64,000 bases of DNA from Nitrospirota bacterium (GCA_963751455.1 CAVVUN010000001.1:384001-448000); one strand, 5' to 3'. Shown: positions 17,968 through 29,890, counted from the first letter of the stretch. The notes: generated by a model not told the origin, from the letters alone. Translations and numbers: made by a program.

Positions 17968-19233
17968 TTACATTTTTCTTCGTTTTTTCCTGGATGCAGG
18001 CGGCAGGAGGAAATCCATTACGTCATCAACAGTCACAATGCCTTTCATGACCCTGTTTTCGTCGACAACGGGAGCGGCCAGGAGATTATATTTAGAGATG
18101 AATTCAGCGACATCTTCCTGCTGTATCTCCAGGGGAAGTGTTTTTACGGGAGTCTTCATGACATCACGCAGCCTTGCATCGGGTGCTGCCAGGATAAGGT
18201 TTTTAAGCGACAGAATACCCATAAGGCGGTCTTCTTCATCGAGAATATACAGGTAATAGATCGTTTCAACGTTCGGCGCCTCAAGCCGGAGTTCCCTGAT
18301 GGCTTCCTCCACGGTTATATCCGGCGGGAAGGAAAGATATTCCGTGGTCATGAGACCGCCGGCAGTGTCTTCTTCATGCTCAAGCAGTTCCTGGACATCC
18401 TCAGCCTCCTCTTTTTCCATCAGGTTGATGAGTTCCTGGGCTTTGGCCTCGGGAAGGTCGCCGAGCACGTCCGCCGCCTCGTCGGGAGGCATCCGTTCCA
18501 GGATGTCCGACGCCCGCTCCTTGGACATATCATCGATGATGTCCGCCTGGACGCTCGGTTCGAGCTCATGAAGCGCCTCGGCTGCGGTGTCGACGTCGAG
18601 ACTGCCGAAGATCGCGGTGCGTTCCTTCTGAGACACCTCGCTGATGATCTCGGCGAGATCCGCCGGATGAAGACTGGCGACTTTCTGGCGCGCAATCGTG
18701 AGCTTCAGGTTGGTCAGCTTGGGTTGTATCGGCTGAAGATAGTGCCAGCCGATCAGCCTCTGTTGGAGCTTACGGTTGAATACGGACATCACTTTCTCAC
18801 CGCGCGCTTCCAGGCCGAGCCTTCGCAGGATCCCTCCCAGTCCTATGTCGGCAGCCACAAGACAGAGCTTACCCTTGATGTCCGCCAGTTTCAAATCATT
18901 GACCCGGACCAGTTTTGCGCCATTGATGTCCACGATCTGCTTGTCGAGCACGTCGCGGCAAATGAGTATATCGGTCGGGGCGGGTATGGCGGGAACCAGG
19001 GTCGAAATGACCGCATTTACGGAAATGACACGACGATTGAAGAGATTTACGAGTTCCCAGGGGAGGATGTAGTTGTTCCTGCCCGAGACAACCAGGAGCG
19101 AAATGACGGCCGGAAAACGCTCTCCCATGCCGACGATGAGATCCCTGAGCTTGCCGATCTCCTCGCCGGTTTGATCAAGCACCGGTTTTTTGTAAACCTC
19201 GCTGATAAATATCGTTCCGGCAAGATACGGCAT
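17968..19233 (-). CDS. Soluble MgtE-N/CBS-domain protein with N-terminal PRC-like barrels
   Basis: LHPADLAEII, MPPDEAADVL, TAGGLMTTEY, CBS pair GIVTVDDV; no MgtE TM domain. Confidence 0.88.
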   Translation of the reverse strand: MPYLAGTIFISEVYKKPVLDQTGEEIGKLRDLIVGMGERFPAVISLLVVSGRNNYILPWELVNLFNRRVISVNAVISTLVPAIPAPTDILICRDVLDKQIVDINGAKLVRVNDLKLADIKGKLCLVAADIGLGGILRRLGLEARGEKVMSVFNRKLQQRLIGWHYLQPIQPKLTNLKLTIARQKVASLHPADLAEIISEVSQKERTAIFGSLDVDTAAEALHELEPSVQADIIDDMSKERASDILERMPPDEAADVLGDLPEAKAQELINLMEKEEAEDVQELLEHEEDTAGGLMTTEYLSFPPDITVEEAIRELRLEAPNVETIYYLYILDEEDRLMGILSLKNLILAAPDARLRDVMKTPVKTLPLEIQQEDVAEFISKYNLLAAPVVDENRVMKGIVTVDDVMDFLLPPASRKKRRKM

Positions 19234-19417
19234 GGCGGCTCCGGCGCAGTTTTTTGAATGCATTTGTTTATACCAGCGCTCCTCAGGTATGTCAAGAAAA
19301 AACCCGTAAACAACAAGAAAAATATGCTACAATAGAATCAAGGTTTGGCGGTTTTCGAAGAATGCGTCGTCCACGTCGTCCACAATGATATCGTATGCAC
19401 GAAAGGAGATGAGAGGC

Positions 19418-20020
19418 ATGGGGGAACAGACTATAAAAGATGTCAAGAAAGAAATATACCTTATCATGCATAAGTCTCTTGAGATGCTCGAGCTGACTGA
19501 TGAAGGGTTTGCCAGGAACAAGCTGTCGTCTCTTGACAGGGCCGATGAACTTGCAAAGGAAATCCAGGTCAAAGAAGACATGTTGACAGCGATGCTGGCG
19601 AAAATGGCGTCCGTAAACAGCGAAGCACGGTCTCTTTTGGTTGTCCCGTCGCATATTGAAAAGATCGCGACCAGCATTAAGCGAATAACCCAGAACAGCC
19701 GGGAACGGATCAAGGAAGGCATGCTGTTCAGCGACAAGGCGATGGTGGAAACGGCAAATTTATTTGCAAAAACAAAAGAGGTGCTGAAGAAAGCTGCTGA
19801 ATCCGCCGTAACCGGCGCAAAAGCCACGATCGAAAGTACCATAGAAGCCGGCATCGTAGTTGAACGAATGGCAAATGAATTCGCTACAGCGCACGAGGAG
19901 CGTCTCGTAACAGGAGAATGCTCCCCGAAATCATCTTCAACATATTTGTGCATTCTGTATGCATTCGAGGACGTGAGCGCCCACATCAGGGACGCTACCC
20001 GCAGACTGGCAGGTCAATAA
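19418..20020 (+). CDS. PhoU-domain helical protein
   Basis: All-helical; HIEKIA, LFSDKA..E and HEERLVTGECSP resemble the PhoU-like domains of Na/Pi cotransporters. Confidence 0.65.
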   Translation: MGEQTIKDVKKEIYLIMHKSLEMLELTDEGFARNKLSSLDRADELAKEIQVKEDMLTAMLAKMASVNSEARSLLVVPSHIEKIATSIKRITQNSRERIKEGMLFSDKAMVETANLFAKTKEVLKKAAESAVTGAKATIESTIEAGIVVERMANEFATAHEERLVTGECSPKSSSTYLCILYAFEDVSAHIRDATRRLAGQ

Positions 20021-20121
20021 ATTCCCTTCGCTGAACGGGCAGGTTTAAAACCTGCCCCCGATTTTCATCCGGCAACCGCCATCAGGTGCACTTTCAAGGC
20101 GTCATTACTAATGCCTCATGC

Positions 20122-20257
20122 CGTCATTCCGGACTTGATCCGGAATCCAGGGACTTTTCAAGAAAACTCTGGATTTCTGCGCCTCGACTGAGCGACTCGA
20201 CTGAGCTCGTCGAAATCTCACGCCGAAGTCTCGTCGAAGTCTTTCGCAGGAATGACG
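20122..20257. repeat. REP-like palindromic pair with internal short tandem units
   Basis: CGTCATTCCGGAC..CCGGAATCCAG / CTGGATTTC...GGAATGACG, with GACTGAGC and CTCGTCGAA repeats inside. Confidence 0.7.
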
Positions 20258-20486
20258 ATTGGTGAGGCTTTACTACTGTAGGCCTTACTATTGTTCCCTT
20301 CCACACAAGTCCCCTCTTTTCAATGCAAACCCGGTAATGCTTTTTTATACTTTGTTCTTTAGACATGTATTTGAAAAGCGTTACAGTACGTGTTACTCTT
20401 ATACCAGCCGTTCGGAAAAGTACATGCAAGATTTGAACTCGCCTTTCTTCGGCGCGTCTTCCTCACCGATATTTACGGAGGGCTTC

Positions 20487-22949
20487 ATGGAACGCTTTAT
20501 CTGCATCCACGGCCATTTTTATCAGCCGCCCAGGGAGAATCCCTGGCTCGAGTTCATTGAGGTCCAGGACTCTGCGTTTCCCTATCATGACTGGAACGAA
20601 CGGATCACGGCTGAATGCTATGCACCGAATTCAGCATCGCGCCTCCTGGACGGCGAGGGCCGCATCACCAACATCGTCAGCAATTATGAGAAAATCAGCT
20701 TCAACTTCGGCCCTACGCTGCTCAGTTGGATGGAGAAACACGCAGCCGAACTTTATGCGTCAATACTTGAAGCGGACTCCAGGAGCGCCGAACGCCATTC
20801 CGGCCACGGAAATGCTATGGCTCAGGTCTTTAACCACATGATCATGCCGCTTGCCAATTCACGGGACAAACGGACGCAGATACTCTGGGGAATCACCGAT
20901 TTCCAACACCGGTTCAAGCGATTTCCTGAAGGCATGTGGCTATCGGAAACCGCAGTGGACCTTGAGACGCTCGAGATGCTCTCCGAGCACGGGTTAAAAT
21001 TCACGGTGCTCGCGCCGAACCAGGCGTCAAAAGTCAGAAAAATCGGCGCCGATAAATGGGAGGACGTAACAGGGGGGCATATCGACCCGACCCGTGGCTA
21101 TGTCTGCAAACTCCCTTCCGGCAGGAATATCAATATATTTTTCTATGACGGTCCCATATCCCGCGCGGTTGCCTTTGAAAAACTGCTCGGCAGCGGAGAA
21201 CATTTCGCAAACCGCCTTGTTACGGGTTTCTCCGATGCCCGTGCGTGGGATGAGATCCTGAATATCGCGACTGACGGGGAATCCTACGGACATCATCACA
21301 AATACGGCGATATGGCGCTGGCATATGCGCTCGATTACATAGAAAAGAAGAATCTTGCGAAGCTTACTAATTACGGCGAATATCTCGGCAAGCACCCTCC
21401 CGGATACGAAGTCCAGGTGCATGATAATTCATCCTGGAGCTGCATCCACGGCATAGAACGCTGGAGGAGCAACTGCGGCTGTAATTCGGGTGGCTACTCC
21501 GGCTGGAACCAGGAGTGGCGAAAGCCGCTCCGCGAGTCCCTTGACTGGCTCAGGGACCTGATCGCCCTGCTTTTCGAGGCAAGGGCTGGAGAATACCTGA
21601 ACGATCCCTGGATAGCCCGGGATCATTATGCCGAGGTGCTGTTGAACAGATCTGAAGACCGGATCCGGGCTTTTCTCATAAAACATGCGCGCCGGGACCT
21701 GAACCAGGCTGAAAAAACGATTGTTCTCGAGCTTATGGAGCTGCAGCGGCATTGCATGCTGATGTACACCAGTTGCGGCTGGTTTTTTGACGAGCTTTCC
21801 GGTATCGAAACGGTGCAGGTGATATTTTACGCCGGACGGGCCATACAACTGGCCGAAAAAATATTCGGTCTTGAGCTCCAAAACCAGTTCAAGGAGAAAA
21901 TAGCAAGGGCGAAGTCGAACATTCCCTACTGGAAGGACGGGGCAAACATCTATGAACACACCGTAAAGCCTGTGGTCGTTGACCTGAAAAAAGTGGCGGC
22001 GCATTTTGCGATCAGTTCCTTTATCAGCGACTACCCTGAGACGTCCACTATTTTCAGGTATACCATAAAGAAAAACGATTTTCATGCGCTGCAGGCCGGA
22101 GAAGCGAAACTTCGAATCGGCAAAATAACCGTCAGGTCCGAAATAACGCTCGATTCAGCAGAATTCGCGTTCTCGGCCGTCCATCTCGGCGGCCATATTT
22201 TCAATGCGGGAGTAAGATATTTCCAGGACGACAAGACGTATGAAGCGCTCAAAAATGAAATGACCACGATGTTCCAGAAGGGCGATCTCGCAGATGTTAT
22301 ACGCTACATGGATCAGGAGTTCGGCGTGGAAGCCTTCTCTCTCATGGATATGTTCAGGGATGAGCAGCGAAAAATCATCAACATTGCGCTGGCCGAAACA
22401 TCGGAAGATTTTGAAGATGCGTACCGCCATCTGTACGAGGACCACCGCACCCTGATGGGCTTCATGAAAGACTCGGGGATGCCTGTACCAAGGGGCTTTA
22501 TGGCCGCGGCCGAATTTTCCCTCGTAGCCGAGATTAAAAAAGAGTTCTCGAAACAGAAAATAGACGCTGAGAGGATAAAACATATAATCAGTGAGGCAGG
22601 CAAATGGAACATTACGCTCGACAGCGGGCTGGAGTTTATGGTGCGACGCAAAGGGGAAGACCTGGTCGACCGGCTGAGGAGGTCCCCGTACGATAATGTG
22701 CTTCTTATGGAGTTTCTCACACTGATGGAACTTTTGAGGACGATGCCTGTCGAGATAAATTACTGGATCATGCAGAACGCGTATCTCGAAATTGCAAAGA
22801 GCGTTTACAAGGAATTGCGGGACAATGCCAAGCTCGGAAGCGAGCCCGCCGCCAAATGGATCGAGGCCTTCAGGCGCACCGGAAATCTTCTTTTCTTCAA
22901 CATAAATGCGATACTTCCTGAGGATGAAAAGCAGGAGAAGGCGGCATGA
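20487..22949 (+). CDS. Glycoside hydrolase family 57 protein (DUF3536 type)
   Basis: MERFICIHGHFYQPPRENPW, GMWLSETAVD, ATDGESYGHH, MYTSCGWFFD; GGAGG RBS. Confidence 0.9.
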   Translation: MERFICIHGHFYQPPRENPWLEFIEVQDSAFPYHDWNERITAECYAPNSASRLLDGEGRITNIVSNYEKISFNFGPTLLSWMEKHAAELYASILEADSRSAERHSGHGNAMAQVFNHMIMPLANSRDKRTQILWGITDFQHRFKRFPEGMWLSETAVDLETLEMLSEHGLKFTVLAPNQASKVRKIGADKWEDVTGGHIDPTRGYVCKLPSGRNINIFFYDGPISRAVAFEKLLGSGEHFANRLVTGFSDARAWDEILNIATDGESYGHHHKYGDMALAYALDYIEKKNLAKLTNYGEYLGKHPPGYEVQVHDNSSWSCIHGIERWRSNCGCNSGGYSGWNQEWRKPLRESLDWLRDLIALLFEARAGEYLNDPWIARDHYAEVLLNRSEDRIRAFLIKHARRDLNQAEKTIVLELMELQRHCMLMYTSCGWFFDELSGIETVQVIFYAGRAIQLAEKIFGLELQNQFKEKIARAKSNIPYWKDGANIYEHTVKPVVVDLKKVAAHFAISSFISDYPETSTIFRYTIKKNDFHALQAGEAKLRIGKITVRSEITLDSAEFAFSAVHLGGHIFNAGVRYFQDDKTYEALKNEMTTMFQKGDLADVIRYMDQEFGVEAFSLMDMFRDEQRKIINIALAETSEDFEDAYRHLYEDHRTLMGFMKDSGMPVPRGFMAAAEFSLVAEIKKEFSKQKIDAERIKHIISEAGKWNITLDSGLEFMVRRKGEDLVDRLRRSPYDNVLLMEFLTLMELLRTMPVEINYWIMQNAYLEIAKSVYKELRDNAKLGSEPAAKWIEAFRRTGNLLFFNINAILPEDEKQEKAA

Positions 22950-22966
22950 TTTTTGACCGGAGCAAG

Positions 22967-22997
22967 GCACCCGGGGACGGCAAAGCGCCCCGGGTGC
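22967..22997. terminator. Hairpin between convergent genes
   Basis: GCACCCGGGG...CCCCGGGTGC stem. Confidence 0.6.
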
Positions 22998-23010
22998 AAA
23001 TAGGAAATCG

Positions 23011-23493
23011 CTATCGTATTAAGTGTGCGTGAGCTTCAGTTCCTCCCTCATACGGAAGGCACACTGTTGATTCATCGACTGCCATTCCAAGCACGTACAC
23101 CATATGCCCTCCAAGCCAGCCTGACACCCCGATAAAAAGTACGCCGACTATTGATAGGATAAACGGAAGGACCGTCTCAGGCGCTCCTCTGCGAAGGAAG
23201 AAATCGAGCGTAAACAAAACAAGCGCGCCGACGTTTATGAGCATGTGCCATAGAGCGATCTTTTTCGTCCGGGACGGTTTCATGGCCAGGTAATCCAGAA
23301 AGCCGGGCACCGCGGCCACTATTGCCCCGATGATTCCGCCCGCCAGCGAATAATACGCTACCGTCGCCCAGTTTGCGTTACCGCCAAGCCGGTATATGAT
23401 ATCTGCTACAAGTGAGAAAACCCACAGTCCGATCGGAAACGGAATAAGCATCGGATGGACCGGATGATTGACGACTCTAACTTTGTCTTTCAT
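23011..23493 (-). CDS. DUF2231-type membrane protein
   Basis: HPVHPMLIPFPIGL...GFLDY...WHMLIN...GWLGGHMVY. Confidence 0.85.
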   Translation of the reverse strand: MKDKVRVVNHPVHPMLIPFPIGLWVFSLVADIIYRLGGNANWATVAYYSLAGGIIGAIVAAVPGFLDYLAMKPSRTKKIALWHMLINVGALVLFTLDFFLRRGAPETVLPFILSIVGVLFIGVSGWLGGHMVYVLGMAVDESTVCLPYEGGTEAHAHLIR

Positions 23494-23732
23494 GCTTTAC
23501 CTCCTCTAACTCCGGAAAAAACCGGGCTGAAACACCCCGATTTTACCGCAATTCAAAGCCGCAATTTTACGGCGCCTCCCACAGTTCAAATATACCATAT
23601 GTTGCGCATATCAACAAGTTTGGACATTCTTCGAGCCAGTCACAATATATGATTATCCCCGTTCTTCTAATAATTATTACTGATGAAATCGTAAGAAGGC
23701 CGCGTAATATATGGCTCTTCTATGCATCATTT

Positions 23733-24053
23733 CTAAAACGTTTTCAGAACATATTCAGCGATTTTTTTCGCGTCCGCGTCGGGCACTGATTTTGTGTCGA
23801 ATTTCGTCATACCGGGTCCCGGGTTCCTCATGTTTTTGACAATGTCTGCCGCATTTATTATACCATTGGCCTCACGGGCTTTCTTGTGAAGTGTTTTCGC
23901 GGGATTAATGATATTGCCCCCGTCAGGGTGGCACGAAGCGCAAAACTGTTTATAGAGCGCCTCACCCGTCTTCACCTCTTCTTTCGCAAACCCTGCTGAG
24001 CCGAATACGAAAACAACAAGGGAAAGCATGATAGCTGCCATAATTTTCTTCAT
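23733..24053 (-). CDS. Monoheme class I cytochrome c (c6-like)
   Basis: Signal peptide; GEALYKQFCASCHPDGGN; distal Met in GPGMTKF. Confidence 0.9.
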   Translation of the reverse strand: MKKIMAAIMLSLVVFVFGSAGFAKEEVKTGEALYKQFCASCHPDGGNIINPAKTLHKKAREANGIINAADIVKNMRNPGPGMTKFDTKSVPDADAKKIAEYVLKTF

Positions 24054-24183
24054 TTTTGTGTTCCTCCTTCGATCAATACGAATTTGATTTAACCGACGAA
24101 TCACCTTTGTGGTTTTATGTAATTGTGTGGTTAAATTTTTTCCGGTTTTTCGTCTTACCCGATTTTTAGCCCGCCGAAAAACG

Positions 24184-26220
24184 CTATTCCCCTGTGTTAA
24201 CGAGGCATCTCAGGACCTCACCAACACTCCAGGCCTGTGCGATACAGCCTCTCGGGTAAAAGGGCTTTTCCGCGTCGAACACCTCGCTGATTGAACCGAT
24301 GCACGCCTCGTTGAGATGCTTCTGAAAGCCTTCCAAAAATAGGCGTGCGCCGGCAAGGTCGCCTGGATTTACTTTTAACCATGCATCGATAAAAGGACCA
24401 ATAAGCCATGCCCATACAGTGCCCTGATGATAGGCTGCATCCCGGGCACGAAGATCTCCGAAATATTTGGATTTGTAATCAGGATGTTCGGGAGCAAGGG
24501 AGCGCAGACCAACAGGCGTCAGCAGCTTCGCTTGAACGGTGTCCACAACCGGCTTCCAGTGCGCGGGATCCAGGACCGGATGCGTGAGCGATATCGCGAA
24601 CAGCTGGTTCGGCCGGCAGGCAGGATCGTCCCCTTGTTCTCCGTCCACAACATCATAGCAGAATCCCAGAGACTCGCTCCAGAACCTCCTGTTGAAGGAC
24701 AATCTGGCCTGCTCGGCGTATTGCGTGAAACGGCCTGCTGCGGCTTCCCCCTGCTCTTCCCGCACCCATCCTTCGAGCAGGCGCAGGGAATTGTACCACA
24801 GCGCATTAATCTCGACGGCCTTGCCGCGGCGCGGTGTGACCACCCAGTCGTCGACTTTCGCGTCCATCCAGGTAAGCTGGCAGCCCTTTTCGCCCTGCTT
24901 CAAAAGCCCGTCTGCCGGATCAACGCCGATCCCGAACCTGGTCCCGCGAACGTGGTGGTCCACGATGTCGATGAGTTTCGGCAGCACGAGGCGAAGTGTC
25001 TCACGGTCAGCAGTTGCGTGCAGATACCGGTGCAGCGCATGAAAGAACCAGAGCGTGGCATCGGCCGTGTGATAGAGCCCCCCTTTCCGCCGTTCAGGAA
25101 AAAGATTGGGAATAAGGCCGTCATGGATGTAGTGAGCGAAGGTGCGTAAGATGTATCCGGCCTCCGTATGCCTTCCGGTGGCAAGCGTAAGCCCTTCCAG
25201 GCTGATCATTGTGTCCCGCCCCCAGTCGGTAAACCAGTGGTATCCCGCGATCACTGTCCGGACCTCGTCCCCGGCTGCCCGCGCAACCACGTCCTCGGCC
25301 CGTCCCTCCGGGGTTATCAGGAACTGATCGGCGGCAAGGACGAGTTCGGCAGCCAGGCCTGCCCGGGCATAGGAATGGGCAGTAAAGAGAAGGCGCCGGC
25401 GGCGTTCGCGGTCGGCATTGATTGCGTCCTGCGGCGCAAGGTCGGCGATCGTGTCCCATGACTCGGTGGATGCGACCAGGGTCGCATCGCGCCCCTCTTC
25501 AAGATCGACAGCGAAATATCCGGGGCTCCAGAGCTCCCCGGTGCTTTCGTAGCCCCTGCTCTCCTCAATTCTGTAAAGAAGCTGCCGGATTTTTTTCCCC
25601 TCGATCGTAAACGCCACTCTCTCTCCGTGCATGAGCATGTGCAGCGCGGGCAGGATCGAACCGGTCGACACCTCGATCCGGCCGTTTACCGAGGTAAGCA
25701 CGTACGGGTCCGTAATCGGTATATCCGTCGGCATTTCATGAGGCCGGAAATGCAGCGACGGCCTGAGCTTCAGCCGTACCCGCCCCTGACCGCTGAGAAG
25801 ACGGTAAGTAACATGGACCGTATTCTGCATGTGCGGCATGATAATACGCTTCTCGAATACGAATCCGCTTATTTCGTAGCGCCACACGGGAATTCCCATC
25901 TCCAGCCGGAATTCCTTTAAAAAATGAGGGTTCTCCAGTTCGAGCAGCCCGCCTGCAAATTCTTCTCCTGCGAGCCGCAGCACCATTTTATCGGGCAGCC
26001 GCAGCTGCTCGGACAGATGACTGAACATCAGGATACGGCCGAGAGGCGCGGGCAGGGCCGCAATCAGCAGCCCGTGATATCGACGGGTCACAACGCCCGA
26101 AATGGTTCCCGACGCGTATCCGCCGAGACCGTTTGTGACGAGCCATTCCCGCGTCAGCAAAGGCTCCACATCGGAAGAATCCGTATCCGGCCACGGAATT
26201 GAGCGGACAGGATCAGGCAT
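24184..26220 (-). CDS. Amylo-alpha-1,6-glucosidase (glycogen debranching enzyme)
   Basis: REWLVTNGLGGYASGT, IAGYHWFTDWGRDTMI, LTWMDAK, YHQGTVW, GCIAQAWS. Confidence 0.93.
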   Translation of the reverse strand: MPDPVRSIPWPDTDSSDVEPLLTREWLVTNGLGGYASGTISGVVTRRYHGLLIAALPAPLGRILMFSHLSEQLRLPDKMVLRLAGEEFAGGLLELENPHFLKEFRLEMGIPVWRYEISGFVFEKRIIMPHMQNTVHVTYRLLSGQGRVRLKLRPSLHFRPHEMPTDIPITDPYVLTSVNGRIEVSTGSILPALHMLMHGERVAFTIEGKKIRQLLYRIEESRGYESTGELWSPGYFAVDLEEGRDATLVASTESWDTIADLAPQDAINADRERRRRLLFTAHSYARAGLAAELVLAADQFLITPEGRAEDVVARAAGDEVRTVIAGYHWFTDWGRDTMISLEGLTLATGRHTEAGYILRTFAHYIHDGLIPNLFPERRKGGLYHTADATLWFFHALHRYLHATADRETLRLVLPKLIDIVDHHVRGTRFGIGVDPADGLLKQGEKGCQLTWMDAKVDDWVVTPRRGKAVEINALWYNSLRLLEGWVREEQGEAAAGRFTQYAEQARLSFNRRFWSESLGFCYDVVDGEQGDDPACRPNQLFAISLTHPVLDPAHWKPVVDTVQAKLLTPVGLRSLAPEHPDYKSKYFGDLRARDAAYHQGTVWAWLIGPFIDAWLKVNPGDLAGARLFLEGFQKHLNEACIGSISEVFDAEKPFYPRGCIAQAWSVGEVLRCLVNTGE

Positions 26221-28164
26221 ATATACGTTCTCCTCGTGATCGCGCCTTAAGGACGAGTGCTGCTTCTCCGGGAATAACCAATGTCTCATCAGTGTCGACA
26301 TGCGACGTGCCGTTACCGCCATACGCCGGGTTTTCACTGGACCAGACGATTTCCCATAAGGAGCCTGCCGGGGGGGCAAGAAGCGGTTCAGGGGCAGGAC
26401 TCAGGCGGCTGTCCCGGCCAAAGTTGACGATGACTAAACGGTCATCGCCGCGCTCTCCAAAATATCGCAGCACGAACGAGTCTGCGCCAAGCACAGCGCC
26501 GTCCACGCCCCTTTCACCCTGGGTTCTGAAGACAGGATCTTCGCGCCGCAGGCGCATCAGGTCGCAATGGAGCGCCAGGTCCGCGCCATGACGTTCACGT
26601 TCCGAGAAATCCAGTTTAGAACGAAGAAAGGTGCGGATGTCGGTGGGATCATCGAAACGTTCCTGCATGTCAGGGGAAGCCAGGCTCGGAAATTGGGCCA
26701 GGAACATGCGGCGTCCCTTCTTGATTTCCTCTCCCAGCTCGGGCTTGTGATCCGCAAAGTACAGGAACGGCGAGGAGGCAGAAAATTCCTGTCCCTGAAA
26801 GAGCATGGGAGTTCCCGGCGCAAGCAGCAGCAAGGCAGTCATGGCCCTCAACCTGCCCGGACTGGTCAGGAAATGGAGACGCCTGCCGCTGCCGGAGTTT
26901 GCCACCTGATCATGGTTTTGTATGAACAAGATAAATGACTCCGGCTTCATGCCCTCGGTGGACGCTCCCCGCCTTTTTCTCTGCCAGGTATAATACTGGC
27001 CCTGGAATAAGTAACCTCGTTTAACTGCCGAAATGAATTCCTGCGGCGTCCCTCGATAGTCACTGTAATATGCCTCGTTGCGGCCGGTCAGCGCGACCCG
27101 GGCGGCATGATGGAAATCGTCATTCCACAGCGCGTCCATACCGTACCCGCCCTGGTCGATTGGCCGGGCGAGCATGCTTTGCTGTGGTTCGTTCTCCGCT
27201 ACCACGACCGTACTGCGGGAAGAAGAAGCGTGCCTCACAGTCCGCGTGATCGCGGCAAGAATGTGCTCCGGGGACTGGTCGAAAATAACCTGTGTTGCGT
27301 CGAGTCTTAAGCCGTCGAGATGGAATTCCGAGATCCAGTAGCCTGCGTTCGAGAGAACGAATTCCCGTACCGGCGCCGGAATTCTCTCCATCAAAATTGA
27401 ACGCACGGCCCCACTCGGTAGCATAGCGATTCGTGAAATAGTCGTTTGAGAATTGGGAGAGATACGATCCATCAGGCGCTTCGTGGTTGTATACTACGTC
27501 AAGTATGACAGCTAGGCCGGCGCCATGAGCCGCATCGACGAAATTCCTGAATTCGTCCGGTGTGCCGTAGAGGCGTGTCGGTGCGAAAAAATCGACACCG
27601 TCATAACCCCATCCGAAGCGGCCCGGGAAAATCGGCAATCGGCATGAGCTCGAGCATGGTAAGTCCGGAAGCTGCTATATCAGGCAGGAGAGCGCGTGCA
27701 ACTTTCCAGGTTCCTTCCGCCGTGAACGTCCCGATATGCATCTCGTAAATGATCTGGCCACGGATCCGTGCGCCTTGCCATTCACGGTCAGTCCAGAGGA
27801 ATTTGCCAGGGTCTATGACCTGAGAAGGACCATGGGGTCCGAGAGGCTGGAACCGGGAAGCAGGATCCGGAAAAAGCGACTGACCGTCATCGAGGCAATA
27901 CCGGTACAATGTGCCGTCGGACGCCTCGGCTGCCCACCCGGAAAAATACCCGTCTGCTTCCGGTTTCAATTCGACAGTGGAAGTCCGCCCGTCCCGCAGA
28001 TGACCCGGTCCTCCCTCGATAACCACGAAGACCCTTTTGCGAAGAGGCGCCCATACGCGGAAATGGATGCCATCCGCAAAGGCCTCAGCACCTATTGGAA
28101 GCCTCCTGTGAAACTCAGCAACCCTGGCTGCCGGTTCCTGGTGTTTTTTCTTGGTGCGTATCAT
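26213..28164 (-). CDS. treZ: Malto-oligosyltrehalose trehalohydrolase in three frames (apparent +1 breaks at ~27623 and ~27377)
   Basis: [49 protein letters not shown] spread over ORFs 27601-28164, 27120-27638 and 26213-27472. Confidence 0.88.
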
Positions 28165-28226
28165 TGACCCTTCTCATTGTCGATGTAAGCAAGAAGTCTG
28201 AAGTTGCGCAGGTGTATTGAAATTTG

Positions 28227-29806
28227 CTAAAGATCGCCGCCCGACTTCGTCACTTTTTCCACGATTGGCGCTGTTCCGACTTTTTTAACGGACAGCTGCG
28301 CCAGTATCCGGCCGGCCTCCACCAGGACCCGCCAAAGGTTCTCGCTTCCACCCAGCCCCACCTTAATAAGATGATAGCAGATGCTGAGCATCGTGCGGGC
28401 TCTAAATAGTTCTGCCTGAGAAAGAAAATCAATATCCGCTTCCGCTGCGTTATGAAGATATGCCTGCAGAAACATTTCTTCAGATACTTTTGAATAGACC
28501 TTCTTGTTGCCGTAGAACTGGTTGCTGAACTGGGCCATAAACGTGCCGACATCAAACGCCGGAGGCATGGCATAGGAACTGTTGAAATCAATCGCAGCCA
28601 CGAACGTCGTGGTTGAAACATCATCTTGATTATCCCGGCCTATAAAAATATTCTTTGGATGGTAATCTCCATGGCCCTGCACAAACTTCTCGCGCTGGTT
28701 CGCATAGAGCGTATTCTCCATCTTGAGGACCATATCCATGATTTCCTGCGCGCGGCGGGTATGCGGATGGTTATGCTCGTAAAAAGCGGAAACATAGAAG
28801 CGCAGTCGATTGGGCTCGTCATGCAGAAATTCGTCAGGAGAAGATATTCTCAGCCTGGCATTGTGCAGTTCAGCAAGCCATTCAGCGGCCATCCGAAGAG
28901 AACGGAGGGCTTGTTCAGTGCTGCTATGGACCAGAACGTCAAAGAGAGTTTTACCGCTGATGCCTTGTTCGATCACCGTAAGACTTTTTTCGTCCTTTGC
29001 GAACGGTTTCGGTACTCGATATTTTCCTTGTCCGAATCCATGCCGCACCATCTCTTCCATAATGTATTCGGTACGCGCTGCAGAGCGCCATGTCTCGAGA
29101 TCCTTGTGCTTCTTGATTACGTACTGCTCCGGCTTCGTTCTGCCGCCTTTTGTCCCTATCGTTATCTCGGTAACCCTTGTGCTCGAAGTCCCTGAACGGG
29201 GTATCTCTTTAAAATATGGACGGCACCGTCCCGCCTTTATTTCGGCTGCCAGTTCCTCCAGAGAAGAAACAGGGTGATCGAAGATCAGTCGGATAGAGGC
29301 CCGTATAACTGATGGCATGAGTATCCGTTCCCGAAAGCGCCTTGAATTTATATTGATGCCAATCGTCCAGTGCCCTGTTGTTTTCCGCTGCCGTATGGTT
29401 CGAATTAAATATTTCAACAGCATCAATCAGCGGATGCAGCAGTTTGTTGACTGACGGTATTTTTTCATCTCGATACGGATGCGCCCACACAAGCGCTGCG
29501 CCTGGAAATCGCTCGCGAATTTTTCTTAACGAGGCGCCTCTTTCGATTGATCCGTCCGCGCCGTAAACAAGGATATGGCCGAGTTCCCGGGATTCAACCT
29601 CCTGGCCTGCAAGAATGAGAAAATGATGAGGGACTTTAAGCCGGGACCGCAGAGTCGCGGATATCCTCAAAGGACCACAGGTAATGATGGTCCGTGATCA
29701 CGATCCCCTGCAGCCCTTTGTCGAAAACGCTCTGGACGAGGTCCGCAGCCTGTACGTTGCTGCACGCGGAATGTTCTAATGTATGGCAATGCATTTCAAG
29801 AATCAT
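28227..29806 (-). CDS. PHP phosphoesterase fused to an APH-like kinase domain (apparent +1 breaks at ~29655 and ~29289)
   Basis: MHCHT, ITDHH, GQEV, AHPYR, GTDTHA (PHP) then HGDYHPKNI and AIDF (kinase-like), over three overlapping ORFs. Confidence 0.75.
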
Positions 29807-29890
29807 GGCAATAATTCCGGGTCCCTGTTTCACATTTGCATTGGAATTTGTTTCTGAATAATGTGCTTGCGAGCACAGGTTCATCTTGAG

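Noticed and set aside
20259-20486. Long N-terminal extensions in the ORF track (GH57; likewise Ku, Nramp, debranching enzyme, GT9, PmbA)
   Set aside because: Family similarity and RBS position support downstream starts; some extensions run through intergenic repeats
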